Shown: positions 11,951 through 20,841, counted from the stretch's first letter. The stretch is DNA of 64,000 nt from an uncultured Verrucomicrobiae bacterium (GCA_963706955.1 CAVPOC010000007.1:1-64000), one strand, 5' to 3'. Notes: generated by a model from the sequence alone, not told the origin. Made by a program: numbers and translations.

Positions 11951-11983
11951 AGCCTACACCGTGGACCAGGGGTCCAGGGTCAA
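11951..11983 (-). promoter_or_regulatory. MerR/ZntR-type long-spacer promoter with dyad operator
   Basis: Minus strand TTGACC-N21-TAGGCT with dyad ACCCTGGACC-cct-GGTCCACGGT between the boxes, directly upstream of the merR fragment. Confidence 0.65.
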
Positions 11984-12009
11984 TGGTGAATATATACCAG
12001 GTTCGGCAT

Positions 12010-13122
12010 TCAGCTTTCGATCACGACCGGGGGGCCGAGGCGGTAGCGATTGAGTACCTCCATGTCCGGATCGAGTCCCAGCCCTGGCCCGGGCGGCACT
12101 GACAGTCGACCCTGGCGAGCGCGCACCGCGCCGTGATACGGACTGGCTTGCAGGTCGCCGAAGAACAGCTCGAAGGCGACCTCCGGCGCGAACGCCGCAG
12201 CGAGGTGAAGCGACGCCAGGAAGCCCGGTCCAAAGTAGAAACAGTGCGGCACGTAATCGACGCCATGCACGCGCGCCAGGATCGCCGCCTGTGCTACCAC
12301 CTCGATGCCCCCAATCTTGCTGACACTGGGCTGACAGATGTCGATCGATCCAGCCCGTAGCATCGCTGCCAGATCGTGCAGACCGGCCGCATTCTCTCCC
12401 GCGGCGATCGGAAGCGTCGTTGCGGCGCGCACACGCGCCAGGCCAATGTGGTCTTCCGGCGGCCACACGGGTTCTTCCAGCCAGGCAAGACGCGATGCCT
12501 CGAGCGCGCGGGCATGTTCGATCGACTGAGACACGCTCCACGGACAGTTGGTGTCGAGTGCTAGCCATACCGATTCACCGCAAGCGGCGCGCGCAGCGGC
12601 CACGGTGTCCAAGCGGACCTCGTGCAGCTTGATGTGGCAAAACCCCTGCGACAAGGCGCGTTCAACGGCCGATGCGACCAACTCGGGGTCCGCATAGCGC
12701 AGCAGGCTGGCATAAGCGGTCAACTCGCGTGGCGCGCCCCCCAGCAGCGATGCGATCGGCAAGGACGCAAGTTTGCCGGCGATGTCCCATAGCGCAATCT
12801 CGATGGCGGAAAGTGCATACACCACCGGGCCCGTTCCGCCATGGATATGGAAACGGTGGAACATCTCCATCATCAATCGCGATCGGTCGGAGACATCGCG
12901 CCCGATGAACGCGGGCCCGACGAGTGTCGTCAAGGCCGCGCTGGTGGTCTGGCAGGCGACGTGCCCCCATCCCTCACCCCAGCCATCGACATCCGCATCT
13001 GTGCAAACGCGCACGAACAGGGAGTCCACTGAAGTCAAATTCATCCCGGCAAACGCCGTCGGTGCTGCTCCCATGTCGAAGGGCACACGAATGAGGTGGA
13101 GCTCGATTCGAGTGATCTTCAT
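12010..13122 (-). CDS. Mandelate racemase/muconate lactonizing enzyme family (enolase superfamily)
   Basis: GWGEG, SAIEIALWDIAGK, KLH, LDTN, WLEEP, AAGEN motifs. Confidence 0.9.
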   Translation of the reverse strand: MKITRIELHLIRVPFDMGAAPTAFAGMNLTSVDSLFVRVCTDADVDGWGEGWGHVACQTTSAALTTLVGPAFIGRDVSDRSRLMMEMFHRFHIHGGTGPVVYALSAIEIALWDIAGKLASLPIASLLGGAPRELTAYASLLRYADPELVASAVERALSQGFCHIKLHEVRLDTVAAARAACGESVWLALDTNCPWSVSQSIEHARALEASRLAWLEEPVWPPEDHIGLARVRAATTLPIAAGENAAGLHDLAAMLRAGSIDICQPSVSKIGGIEVVAQAAILARVHGVDYVPHCFYFGPGFLASLHLAAAFAPEVAFELFFGDLQASPYHGAVRARQGRLSVPPGPGLGLDPDMEVLNRYRLGPPVVIES

Positions 13123-13476
13123 TACCGCGCCTCTTCAATGCTGTCTGCGGTCGATGGTGACTTGCCCGTGGCCTTTGAGCAACTTCGTTTCCTGGGACTT
13201 GGTGAAGGCCACAAGAGGCATGATGGATGGGGCAACGCAGGTCTGCTGACAAGCGCCAGTGCGAAGGTCCCCAATTAGCCGCTAGTCACCCGACACTCGA
13301 AGGCCTTGCGCCTCCTCGACAAGGCGGGGCACGAGAACCTGCGGATCTCTGCGACGTCTATCATCTGCAGCGGGCGGGGGGAAACCTAACCGAAATGATT
13401 CTGGCGAACCTCGGCCCGATCGAGCCTCCGCTGGAGCCAGGCGCGGCTGAGGCCTTAGACATGCCACTGTCGTTGC

Positions 13477-14397
13477 TCACTGAGGGGTCTTGACCTTCGC
13501 CGCGAGGCCAGCGCGAGCGGCGTTGACGGCGGAAACTTCCTGGATCAGCGCTTGGTAGCGCGCGAACAGCGTGGTCACGTCCCGATTGAGATCGGCGATC
13601 TCTGTCTTCAATGCCTTGTCGAGATCGGCGGCTTCCTTGCGTCCGATGGCGCGCGTCGGGGTCTCTACCGGGGCGAGCGCGGTGGCGAGTTGCGTGCGGC
13701 GCTCGGCGATCAGGGCGTCGTTCTTCGCGATCTCCTCAGCGGACGCGTTCTGCGCTTTGAGCGTGCGGTTTTGCCGTTCAATTCGCGCGATGCTCGCACG
13801 CAAACCGGCCACCACCTCGTCACGCTGCGCGTTGGTATGCGCGGTAAGTCGCTGATTCTGGCGATAATCCTCGCTCACCTCGTAAGTTGTGCCATACCAC
13901 CCGTCGCTCGTGACCTCGTAGCGATCGTAATCCTGTTCCGTTGGCAGCGACTTTTGCACCGCGATTATCTGCGCCACGCGTTTTTCGATTCGTTCGTCGA
14001 ACCTCGCGATCACCGCACGCTTTTGCTCTTCGGAAAGATTCCACGTCGGCCGACGCAGTTCCGCCAGCATGGCCGCGCGCTTCCGCTGGTAATACTCGAT
14101 CGTTTTCTGCAATTGGTCGATGGTGTCGCGCTTCATCCTCGCGACTTTCGTGCGCGAGTCTTTCGAGTCGCTAATGGCCCGTAGCGCCTCGAGGAGCGCA
14201 TCGATTCGTCCCTCGATGCGCGCATCCACGGCGTTGACTTCATCCCGGAGTTTGGCGGCGCGCATTTCGCGAGCCCTTAACACGGCTTCCCATTGCGCTT
14301 CGGAAGGAGGCTTGGCGGCCGCCTGGGCAGCGGCAGCCATACAGCTGCACGCGAGCAGCGCAATGAGGGAGCAAGAGCGAACGAGGAACAATGTCAT
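13477..14397 (-). CDS. Secreted coiled-coil hypothetical protein
   Basis: 306-aa ORF with signal-peptide-like N-terminus (LIALLACSCMAAAAQA) and heptad-rich helical sequence. Confidence 0.65.
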   Translation of the reverse strand: MTLFLVRSCSLIALLACSCMAAAAQAAAKPPSEAQWEAVLRAREMRAAKLRDEVNAVDARIEGRIDALLEALRAISDSKDSRTKVARMKRDTIDQLQKTIEYYQRKRAAMLAELRRPTWNLSEEQKRAVIARFDERIEKRVAQIIAVQKSLPTEQDYDRYEVTSDGWYGTTYEVSEDYRQNQRLTAHTNAQRDEVVAGLRASIARIERQNRTLKAQNASAEEIAKNDALIAERRTQLATALAPVETPTRAIGRKEAADLDKALKTEIADLNRDVTTLFARYQALIQEVSAVNAARAGLAAKVKTPQ

Positions 14398-14704
14398 GGA
14401 TCTGGTAAGACTTGGCGCTTTGGACGAGGTTTGTTTCGGGAAGCGATCAGCGCATGGTACGATTTCTCACTGTTTTCGGAGAGCGGTGCCCGCATCAATA
14501 AGCCGTGGAAAACAGCGGAACCGGCGGACGAAGTGCGTCATTAAAAAGGACAACGAATGAAGCCTGAGCGCACCTTTACCCTCTTTGCGCTGCGAGGAAC
14601 AGAACTTGGCCTGGACTGATCATTTCGCGGGCCGCCAAAGCTTGGCTAACAAGAATATGGACAGTCCCGAAGCTCAACTCTATTCTCGATAAACTCTTTT
14701 CTCC

Positions 14705-15658
14705 ATGAATCCAATCGCTGTGATTCCCAAGAGCACGACGCACTTTTTTTGGAGAGCGGTTGAAGGGGGAGCGCGTGAAGGCGCAAAAGAGGCTGGCGCG
14801 GAGATGATATGGAAGGGCTCTCTAGAGGAAGACGACCCCGCACAGCAGATCCAAATCTTTGAGCAATTCGTTGCCGAGGGCGTGGGTGGCATTGTTCTGG
14901 CGCCGATTGATGACGCAGCGCTCAAGCGTCCAGTCGCCGCTGCCATGCAAAAGGGAATCCCGGTGGTGATTATGGATTCGGCGTTCGAGGGTGAGCCCCT
15001 TAAGGACTTTGTCTGCACGGTATCGACCAACAACTACCGCGCTGGAGAAATGGCTGGCGAGCAGTTGGGAAAGCTTTTAGACGGCAAAGGCAAGGTGGTG
15101 CTCTTTCGCTATATAGAAGTTTGCGCTAGCACGGGTCAGCGGGAGGCGGGCTTCCTCGCAGCAATCAAGAAATTTCCCGAGATTCAGGTTATTGTCGATA
15201 ATCGCTACTCCGGCACGACCATCAGCGAAGCACATTCGGCCGCGTCGAACATGCTGGACAAGCTCAAAGAGGCGGACGGAATTTTCTGTTCAAACGGACG
15301 CAGCACTTTGGGCATGTTGGGTGCGCTCAAGCAGAATAACCTGGCGGGCAGCAAGAAACTCGTCGGCTTCGACACGTCGCCAGGACTCGTGGAAGGCTTG
15401 AAAAGAGGTGAGATTCAGGCGCTCGTCGCCCAAAATCCCAAGAAGATGGGCCGTGAGGCTGTGCAGGCGCTGGTTGCCAAAATGAAAGGAGAAACAGTGC
15501 TTGCGGTTATCGATAGCGGCGCTGCCGTTGTCACTAAGGAAAATCTGGGAACTCCGGAAATTCAAGCGCTCTTATTCCAACCAAAAGATATACAATGGTC
15601 TTGGGTTAGCGACACGGTTGCATTGAAGGAACTAGATTCCTGTTCGAATCTTCCCTGA
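14705..15658 (+). CDS. RbsB-like sugar substrate-binding domain protein, no signal peptide
   Basis: IAVIPKSTTHFFW, GIVLAPID, GIPVVIMDS, NNYRAGEMAG, LVGFD, QNPKKMG motifs. Confidence 0.85.
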   Translation: MNPIAVIPKSTTHFFWRAVEGGAREGAKEAGAEMIWKGSLEEDDPAQQIQIFEQFVAEGVGGIVLAPIDDAALKRPVAAAMQKGIPVVIMDSAFEGEPLKDFVCTVSTNNYRAGEMAGEQLGKLLDGKGKVVLFRYIEVCASTGQREAGFLAAIKKFPEIQVIVDNRYSGTTISEAHSAASNMLDKLKEADGIFCSNGRSTLGMLGALKQNNLAGSKKLVGFDTSPGLVEGLKRGEIQALVAQNPKKMGREAVQALVAKMKGETVLAVIDSGAAVVTKENLGTPEIQALLFQPKDIQWSWVSDTVALKELDSCSNLP

Positions 15659-15767
15659 AGGAATTCATAGACCTTTGCCACAGCGTAAGCTGTTCGCGAT
15701 CCAGACTTAGATAAGCTCAGGAAAAAGGATCCGCGAGGCGTGCTCCATCCGTAGGCACGTTAGAAAC

Positions 15768-15914
15768 CTGTTGGAAAGCTGCGCCACGGTGAAATCCGTG
15801 GCCGCCGCGCTCGGGTTCAAGGACCCCTTCCACTTTTCCCGGGTTTTCAAATCCGTGCACCACGTCCCGCCCTCGCGGTTCCGGCAGTCGATGCACCCGC
15901 AGCGGCCGTCTTGA
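15768..15914 (+). pseudogene. AraC-family C-terminal HTH fragment
   Basis: Reads LLESCATVKSVAAALGFKDPFHFSRVFKSVHHVPPSRFR* (AraC signature); the N-terminal part is absent. Confidence 0.75.
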
Positions 15915-15956
15915 ATGCGGATTGACGAAACGGGCGGGAGCGGGAAAATCGCGGCC

Positions 15957-16346
15957 ATGCTCCAGACCGCCATCCTCAACCCCGCGCTGCTTGATTTGTT
16001 AGCCCGAATCCGCCACACCAACACGCTGGTGATCGCGGACTGGGCGTTTCCCTATTGGCCGGAAATCGAGACGGTCGATCTTTCGCTGACGCGGGGGATT
16101 CCCACGGTGCTGGACGTGCTGGACTTGCTGACACCCGTTTTCAAGATCGGCCGGATCTGGCAGGCGAACGAGTTCGTGGGCTCCAACACCGAGGAAACCG
16201 TGGCCCGCTTCGCGAAATCCCTCGGTGAAATCCCGCTGACCCGCGAGGCCCACGTCGATTTCAAGAAGCGCGTGCCCCAGGCCATCGGGCTGATCCGCAC
16301 CGGCGACGCGACGCCGTACGGCAATATCATCCTGGAGTCGGCGTGA
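15957..16346 (+). CDS. RbsD/FucU family sugar mutarotase/pyranase
   Basis: MLQTAILNPALL...RHTNTLVIADWAFP...IRTGDATPYGNIILES. Confidence 0.85.
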   Translation: MLQTAILNPALLDLLARIRHTNTLVIADWAFPYWPEIETVDLSLTRGIPTVLDVLDLLTPVFKIGRIWQANEFVGSNTEETVARFAKSLGEIPLTREAHVDFKKRVPQAIGLIRTGDATPYGNIILESA

Positions 16347-16558
16347 GCGGGCCCAGCGGGCTGACGTCACGCGGCATACTATCAGGTTCATCCGTTACAA
16401 TCCTCTAGTGCGGCAAAACGTCCTTACGGCGATCGCTCGATCACGGATTGATTCGGATTGGCAGAGGCGGCTTCTCTTGTCGATGGCGCGCCTGTCTGAA
16501 TGACATCCCAACAGAAGTTGCGCACGCCAGCGTTCCAGGTCGGACAGTCTTGCCAGCG

Positions 16559-16762
16559 TTATCCGGCGAACTGATTGTTCCGTACCGCTCCACGCCCGCG
16601 CAGCCGAGCGATCACTTCAACGAGTTCCTGCTGCGCCTTGAATCCATGCTCGAACTCGTGCTTCTCCGGGGCCTGCCATCCGCACATTTTGGCAAGCAGC
16701 TGCATCGCGCCGAGCTTGTTAGGCGTAGCCTCTTGCTGGGCCCTACGCCGCCACACCGGCAC
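16559..16762 (-). pseudogene. Phage/satellite terminase small subunit-like C-terminal fragment
   Basis: PNKLGAMQLLAKMCGWQAPEKHE resembles the DKxxALxLLxK motif of terminase small subunits; no N-terminus. Confidence 0.35.
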
Positions 16763-16965
16763 CGCCTGGCAAGGGCAAGCATACTTTTCGCGCTCCGCTC
16801 GCTAAGCTGCGTGTAGCCTCTTGCGGCAATTTAACAGGATAGCGGCAACGTACCAGTGGGACTATCAAGCCTTGAATAGCCAGTACCCCTCAGCGAAAGC
16901 CGCGCTCTCTTTTCTGATCTAAAGAGACTTTTGTCAAAAGAATCCATTTTGGCTACGTTGGAACT

Positions 16966-17730
16966 ATGAAAACTTTCGAAAACAAGACTGCCCTCATCAC
17001 TGGAGGTACCTCCGGCATTGGCAAAGCCACCGCCCTCGCATTTGCCAGAGAAGGCGCAAATGTGGTCGTCTCCGGGCGTCGCGTTGCTGAGGGCGAAAAG
17101 GTCGCCGGGGAGATCGCCTCAGCCGGTGGAAGGGGCTTATTTGTGCAGACTGACGTTGCCCGGGAGGATGAAATCATCGCGCTCGTCGAAAAGACTCTGG
17201 GCGCCTTTGGCGCACTCCACATCGCGTTTAACAACGCTGGCACCGAGGGCCAGATCGGGCCACTTACCACCGAGCAGACCGTCGAGCACTACCATCAGAT
17301 CTGCGACATCAACATTCGCGGCGTCCTGTTGTCTATGAAGCATGAAATTCCCGCCATGCTTCGGTCCGGTGGGGGTGCCATCGTCAATAACTCCTCCCTC
17401 GCAGGCCACCTCGGCTTTCCGGGCGCGTCGGTTTATGCCGCCAGCAAGTTCGCTGTCATCGGCCTTACCAAGTCGGCTGCGCTGGAGTTTGCTGGACAGG
17501 GCGTCCGCGTCAATAGTGTGTCTCCCGGCCTGATCCAGACTGAAATGTTCGACCGGGCCTTCGGCGAAGGGGAGACCGAGATGAAAAAAACGTACGTGAC
17601 ACAAACCCCGGTTGGCCGCATCGGAACGCCCGAGGAGATTGCCAGCGCCGTCCTCTGGCTCAGTTCGCCCGGGGCGGCATTCACCACGGGCCAGGACATC
17701 ATCGTGGACGGTGGATTCGGCGCGCAATAG
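16966..17730 (+). CDS. SDR family oxidoreductase
   Basis: [29 protein letters not shown] motifs. Confidence 0.92.
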   Translation: MKTFENKTALITGGTSGIGKATALAFAREGANVVVSGRRVAEGEKVAGEIASAGGRGLFVQTDVAREDEIIALVEKTLGAFGALHIAFNNAGTEGQIGPLTTEQTVEHYHQICDINIRGVLLSMKHEIPAMLRSGGGAIVNNSSLAGHLGFPGASVYAASKFAVIGLTKSAALEFAGQGVRVNSVSPGLIQTEMFDRAFGEGETEMKKTYVTQTPVGRIGTPEEIASAVLWLSSPGAAFTTGQDIIVDGGFGAQ

Positions 17731-18034
17731 CTGAAAGATTTCTGTGTTTGGTAAGCCAGGGCCGTGCGCAAATCCGCTATTTGTTTTTTGGATGGCTGGC
17801 TTTTGGGCGTGCAGGATATCCAGGAACGCCCTGGCAAGGGCAATAATGCAATCGAGCGCAGTGTCCATCGAGCTTCCAGATCGCGCAGAGCATGGGCTTC
17901 AACGGCGACTTTCGGCAGTGGGAGCACTTGTTGCGGGTTCACGAGTGAGGCCACGGAATCCGCGAGGCAGTCAGGCGCAATCCGAGGGTGTGTTTTGATC
18001 CTGTACGGGCGAATCGAAGCCAAAAAAACCTCGA

Positions 18035-18472
18035 TCAATTGACGTAAGAAAGGCGGACCTTCCAGTCATCCGCGTCGTGGACGTAGATCACTAAAGCACG
18101 GCCCTTGGCGTGCATATGATGTTTATATTCCATGACCGCACATATTTCATTGCCGATCGCATACACCTGAACAATCTTGAGTGACTGTGGTGCGGGGTAA
18201 GATGCAAACTCGGCCTCATACCTTTTTACAATAGCTGGCAGTCCGACAGCCGCACCATCTGGCTCCCACGTCCAGACATCGATCGCGTCTTGCGTGTAAA
18301 AGGCAGACCAAGCGGCCGCGTCATGTTTATTATACGCCTCCTCCCTCCTCTTTGTTACCGCTTCGATCTGCTGACGTATTTCTGGATCGACCGAATTTTG
18401 CTCTTGGGCGAGGGCTGGCGCGGCAACGGTGATTGCCAATCCTGCGAGGGTCAATATGAAAGGCATTTTCAT
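18035..18472 (-). CDS. Secreted SnoaL/NTF2-like domain protein
   Basis: Signal peptide (APALA), then EEAYNKHDAAAWSAFYTQDA...DWKVRL. Confidence 0.75.
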   Translation of the reverse strand: MKMPFILTLAGLAITVAAPALAQEQNSVDPEIRQQIEAVTKRREEAYNKHDAAAWSAFYTQDAIDVWTWEPDGAAVGLPAIVKRYEAEFASYPAPQSLKIVQVYAIGNEICAVMEYKHHMHAKGRALVIYVHDADDWKVRLSYVN

Positions 18473-18933
18473 CGTCTCCTCATGGTTTAGGATAGTGGGG
18501 GCCTAGCGGCCTGCTTCGAGATTATCTTACGTCGCCGATCTCTGCATACCAAAAGGAACTTCCAGGACTTTTTCGGCTTCCAGGGCAAATGATCCTCCAG
18601 CCAGCTTGGTCGTCGCCAACGGTCAAGAGCAAAATCGGCTCCTCGCCGATCCATCGAATGAGAGTGAAGACTGACAAAACAACCACGCAAGGAGACTCGA
18701 TAAGCCAGCCATTGACCACAAAGTTCCATGACGCAGTCATCCTCCTGCAGAGCGGATTTACTCAAGGAGAGAACCTCCATGCTCAGCTCGTTCTCCGCCC
18801 ACACGCGCATTGCATCATCCTAGAGATGCCTTCGCCCACACTCATGATTAGCAACCTCTCAAGACGAAGGCCCAGACGTCTCTAAGCTTTCGCGCGAAAC
18901 TAATCGGCGCGCCTTCCGAATATCTTTTTTGTT

Positions 18934-18993
18934 AGTCTCTTCAGTGCGAGCTTCACTCGCAGACCGCTCCTTTCTAAGGGAACGGTTTCGACT
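18934..18993 (-). ncRNA. Type II hammerhead ribozyme HH2, directly after the ORF stop codon
   Basis: AGUC-GAAA-CCGUUCC(CUUAGAAA)GGAGCGG-UC^-UGCGAG(UGAAG)CUCGCA-CUGAAGA-GACU. Complete core, three stems, GUC triplet; predicted cut between 18962 and 18961. Confidence 0.92.
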
Positions 18994-19455
18994 TCAGTTA
19001 TTCGCCACCGTGTTTGCCAGCGTATTGGATCTGTTCGCGATTTTGGTGGCTTTCTCTTCCAGACCGATCGTAACGTATTCCTGCATTTCGTAGGCCCACG
19101 TTGCGGAATCCGATTTGTTATATTTTCTGCAGAACTCGGTCGCGTGGAAGTAGCAGTCATATTTGATCGCAGCGGCATGCTTCAGGGCCTCCGCCGGACC
19201 GCCAAACTTGGCTTCGAGCCACAGTTGCACTCTATCAGACAGAATAGCAAATTCCCCGTTCATGACTCCGCTTTCGAGACTCCGGCGCTCTCCGTTGCGG
19301 ATACGGAGGTCAACGGTATTCCGCTGAGTTGCCCTTTTCCTGCCGCTTACATGAAAGACTTCGCGTTCAGAACGCTCCGGAAGTGAAGGATTTTCCGCTG
19401 AGACAGCGGTGATCGTGGTGGCGGCGATTGCCGTGATTAGGGTTAGTGTTTTCAT
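18994..19455 (-). CDS. 153-aa hypothetical protein bracketed by hammerhead ribozymes
   Basis: The ORF fills the space between the two ribozymes. A/C-rich unstructured leader AACAACAACCAACACAAACCA before ATG; stop codon abuts HH2. Confidence 0.75.
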   Translation of the reverse strand: MKTLTLITAIAATTITAVSAENPSLPERSEREVFHVSGRKRATQRNTVDLRIRNGERRSLESGVMNGEFAILSDRVQLWLEAKFGGPAEALKHAAAIKYDCYFHATEFCRKYNKSDSATWAYEMQEYVTIGLEEKATKIANRSNTLANTVANN

Positions 19456-19482
19456 TGGTTTGTGTTGGTTGTTGTTCTAACG

Positions 19483-19535
19483 AAGTCTCGTCAGCGCGAG
19501 TTGGACTTGCGGACCCCTCTCGGGGGTTTCGACTT
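19483..19535 (-). ncRNA. Type II hammerhead ribozyme HH1, in the 5' leader
   Basis: AAGUC-GAAA-CCCC(CGAGA)GGGG-UC^-CGCAAG(UCCAA)CUCGCG-CUGACGA-GACUU. Complete core, GUC triplet, one A-C mismatch in stem I; predicted cut between 19512 and 19511. Confidence 0.88.
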
Positions 19536-19638
19536 GGCGGCAGACTTTGTCGGTCTGCCAGCGGCTAGGACCGCTTCGGGAGGTTTCGGTTGCCGCGGAG
19601 TGAAAGGGAATTTCGCTGGCTGATTGGTTACATGTATT

Positions 19639-19676
19639 AAAATAACTTATACGTAGAATAATGCAAGGTATTGCAT
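19639..19676 (-). promoter_or_regulatory. Putative sigma70 promoter with overlapping palindromic operator, upstream of the ribozyme cassette
   Basis: AT-rich patch. Minus strand TTGCAT-N16-TATTTT; palindrome ATGCAA-ggta-TTGCAT at 19661-19676 covers the -35. Confidence 0.45.
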
Positions 19677-20204
19677 ATATATTTCTTCTATTATGTCATG
19701 TTTCTTAACTGCGTGCCGTCTAAAACGCGCTGTTCGGCTGCTCGATGGAACGCAAATTGCTACACGAGATCCACTTATCGCCCAACGGGAGAGTGGATGG
19801 ACACGAACTCCGAAAGGGTGATTCATCGAAGAGCTTTAGGGGACGATGGTCTCAGGGAATCGACGAGCATGCTTGCCCGCTATGCTGTGTATATTCCGGC
19901 GAGCGTAACAAATCCGCTAGCCGATTGAGAACCTTTTGGGAACAAGATCGAGATTTGGGTTTCGAAATGCAGGCTGAGTGACCATATAACTACTTGACTA
20001 TCAACTACAATTCAAAATGGGTAGTCTCTGGTTTCGACTGTCCCGATATTGAGTTTCTCCCGCAAGCGATGGCTTCCGTACTTTCGCCCCGTATGTTTCG
20101 CTCAACGAAGCTGCCTGCAAGCTAACACAACATCAAGGCGCGCACCTTGCGCAACGACCCGCGAAGCACGGGTTCCCATCTCGACGTCGGCGGGTCCCGG
20201 CTGA

Positions 20205-20585
20205 TCAGGCTAGGCGATAGATCTCGATCGGCTCGTCGCGGCCCTTCAACTGCACCAACCCCAGAGATTGAGCACCGTGATCGTTCTCGCCAGCCTCGCG
20301 CAGCACTTCGGCCGAGGCGAGGAGCTGCGAACCGCAGTCCTTGTTGAGCTGCTCGATCCGTGAGGCGAGGATCACCACATTGCCGCTGATCGAATACTGC
20401 TGCCGCGCCTGCGAGCCGATGTTTCCGGAGACCGCCTCGCCAGCGTGCAGGCCGATGCCGATGCTGGTCGCCGGGATGCGCCCGGAGTCCGAGAGCGCCT
20501 TCACCGCCGCGAGAAGCTCGCGTGCGACCCTCAAGGCGTTTTGCAGTCGCGGCCGGTGGCCACGAGTGCGCCAAAAGTCGCCAGG
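20205..20585 (-). pseudogene. Class III adenylate/guanylate cyclase C-terminal fragment
   Basis: ATFGA...GIGLHAGEAVSGNIGS...YSISGNVVILASRIEQL...LKGRDEPIEIY; the N-terminus is missing. Confidence 0.8.
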
Positions 20586-20841
20586 CAGACAGGCAGGGTT
20601 CGACGACGATGATGCTTACGGGGTCGGGGCCGTCACCGGCCGGCGGTGGGAGAGGGACACTAGGGGCCACGGGACGGCGGTGACGAGCATGATCATCGAT
20701 CACCGCTTTGCCGAGCTAGGTAAGGTAATCGGTGATCCCCCGGCGCCACCGGCGATTCTCAATGGCGCTGCGCCGGGGGCGACGATCATACCTGTTAAAG
20801 GTCTCCGGTGGGACATTCGCATCCTCGACCTGATCACGGCG

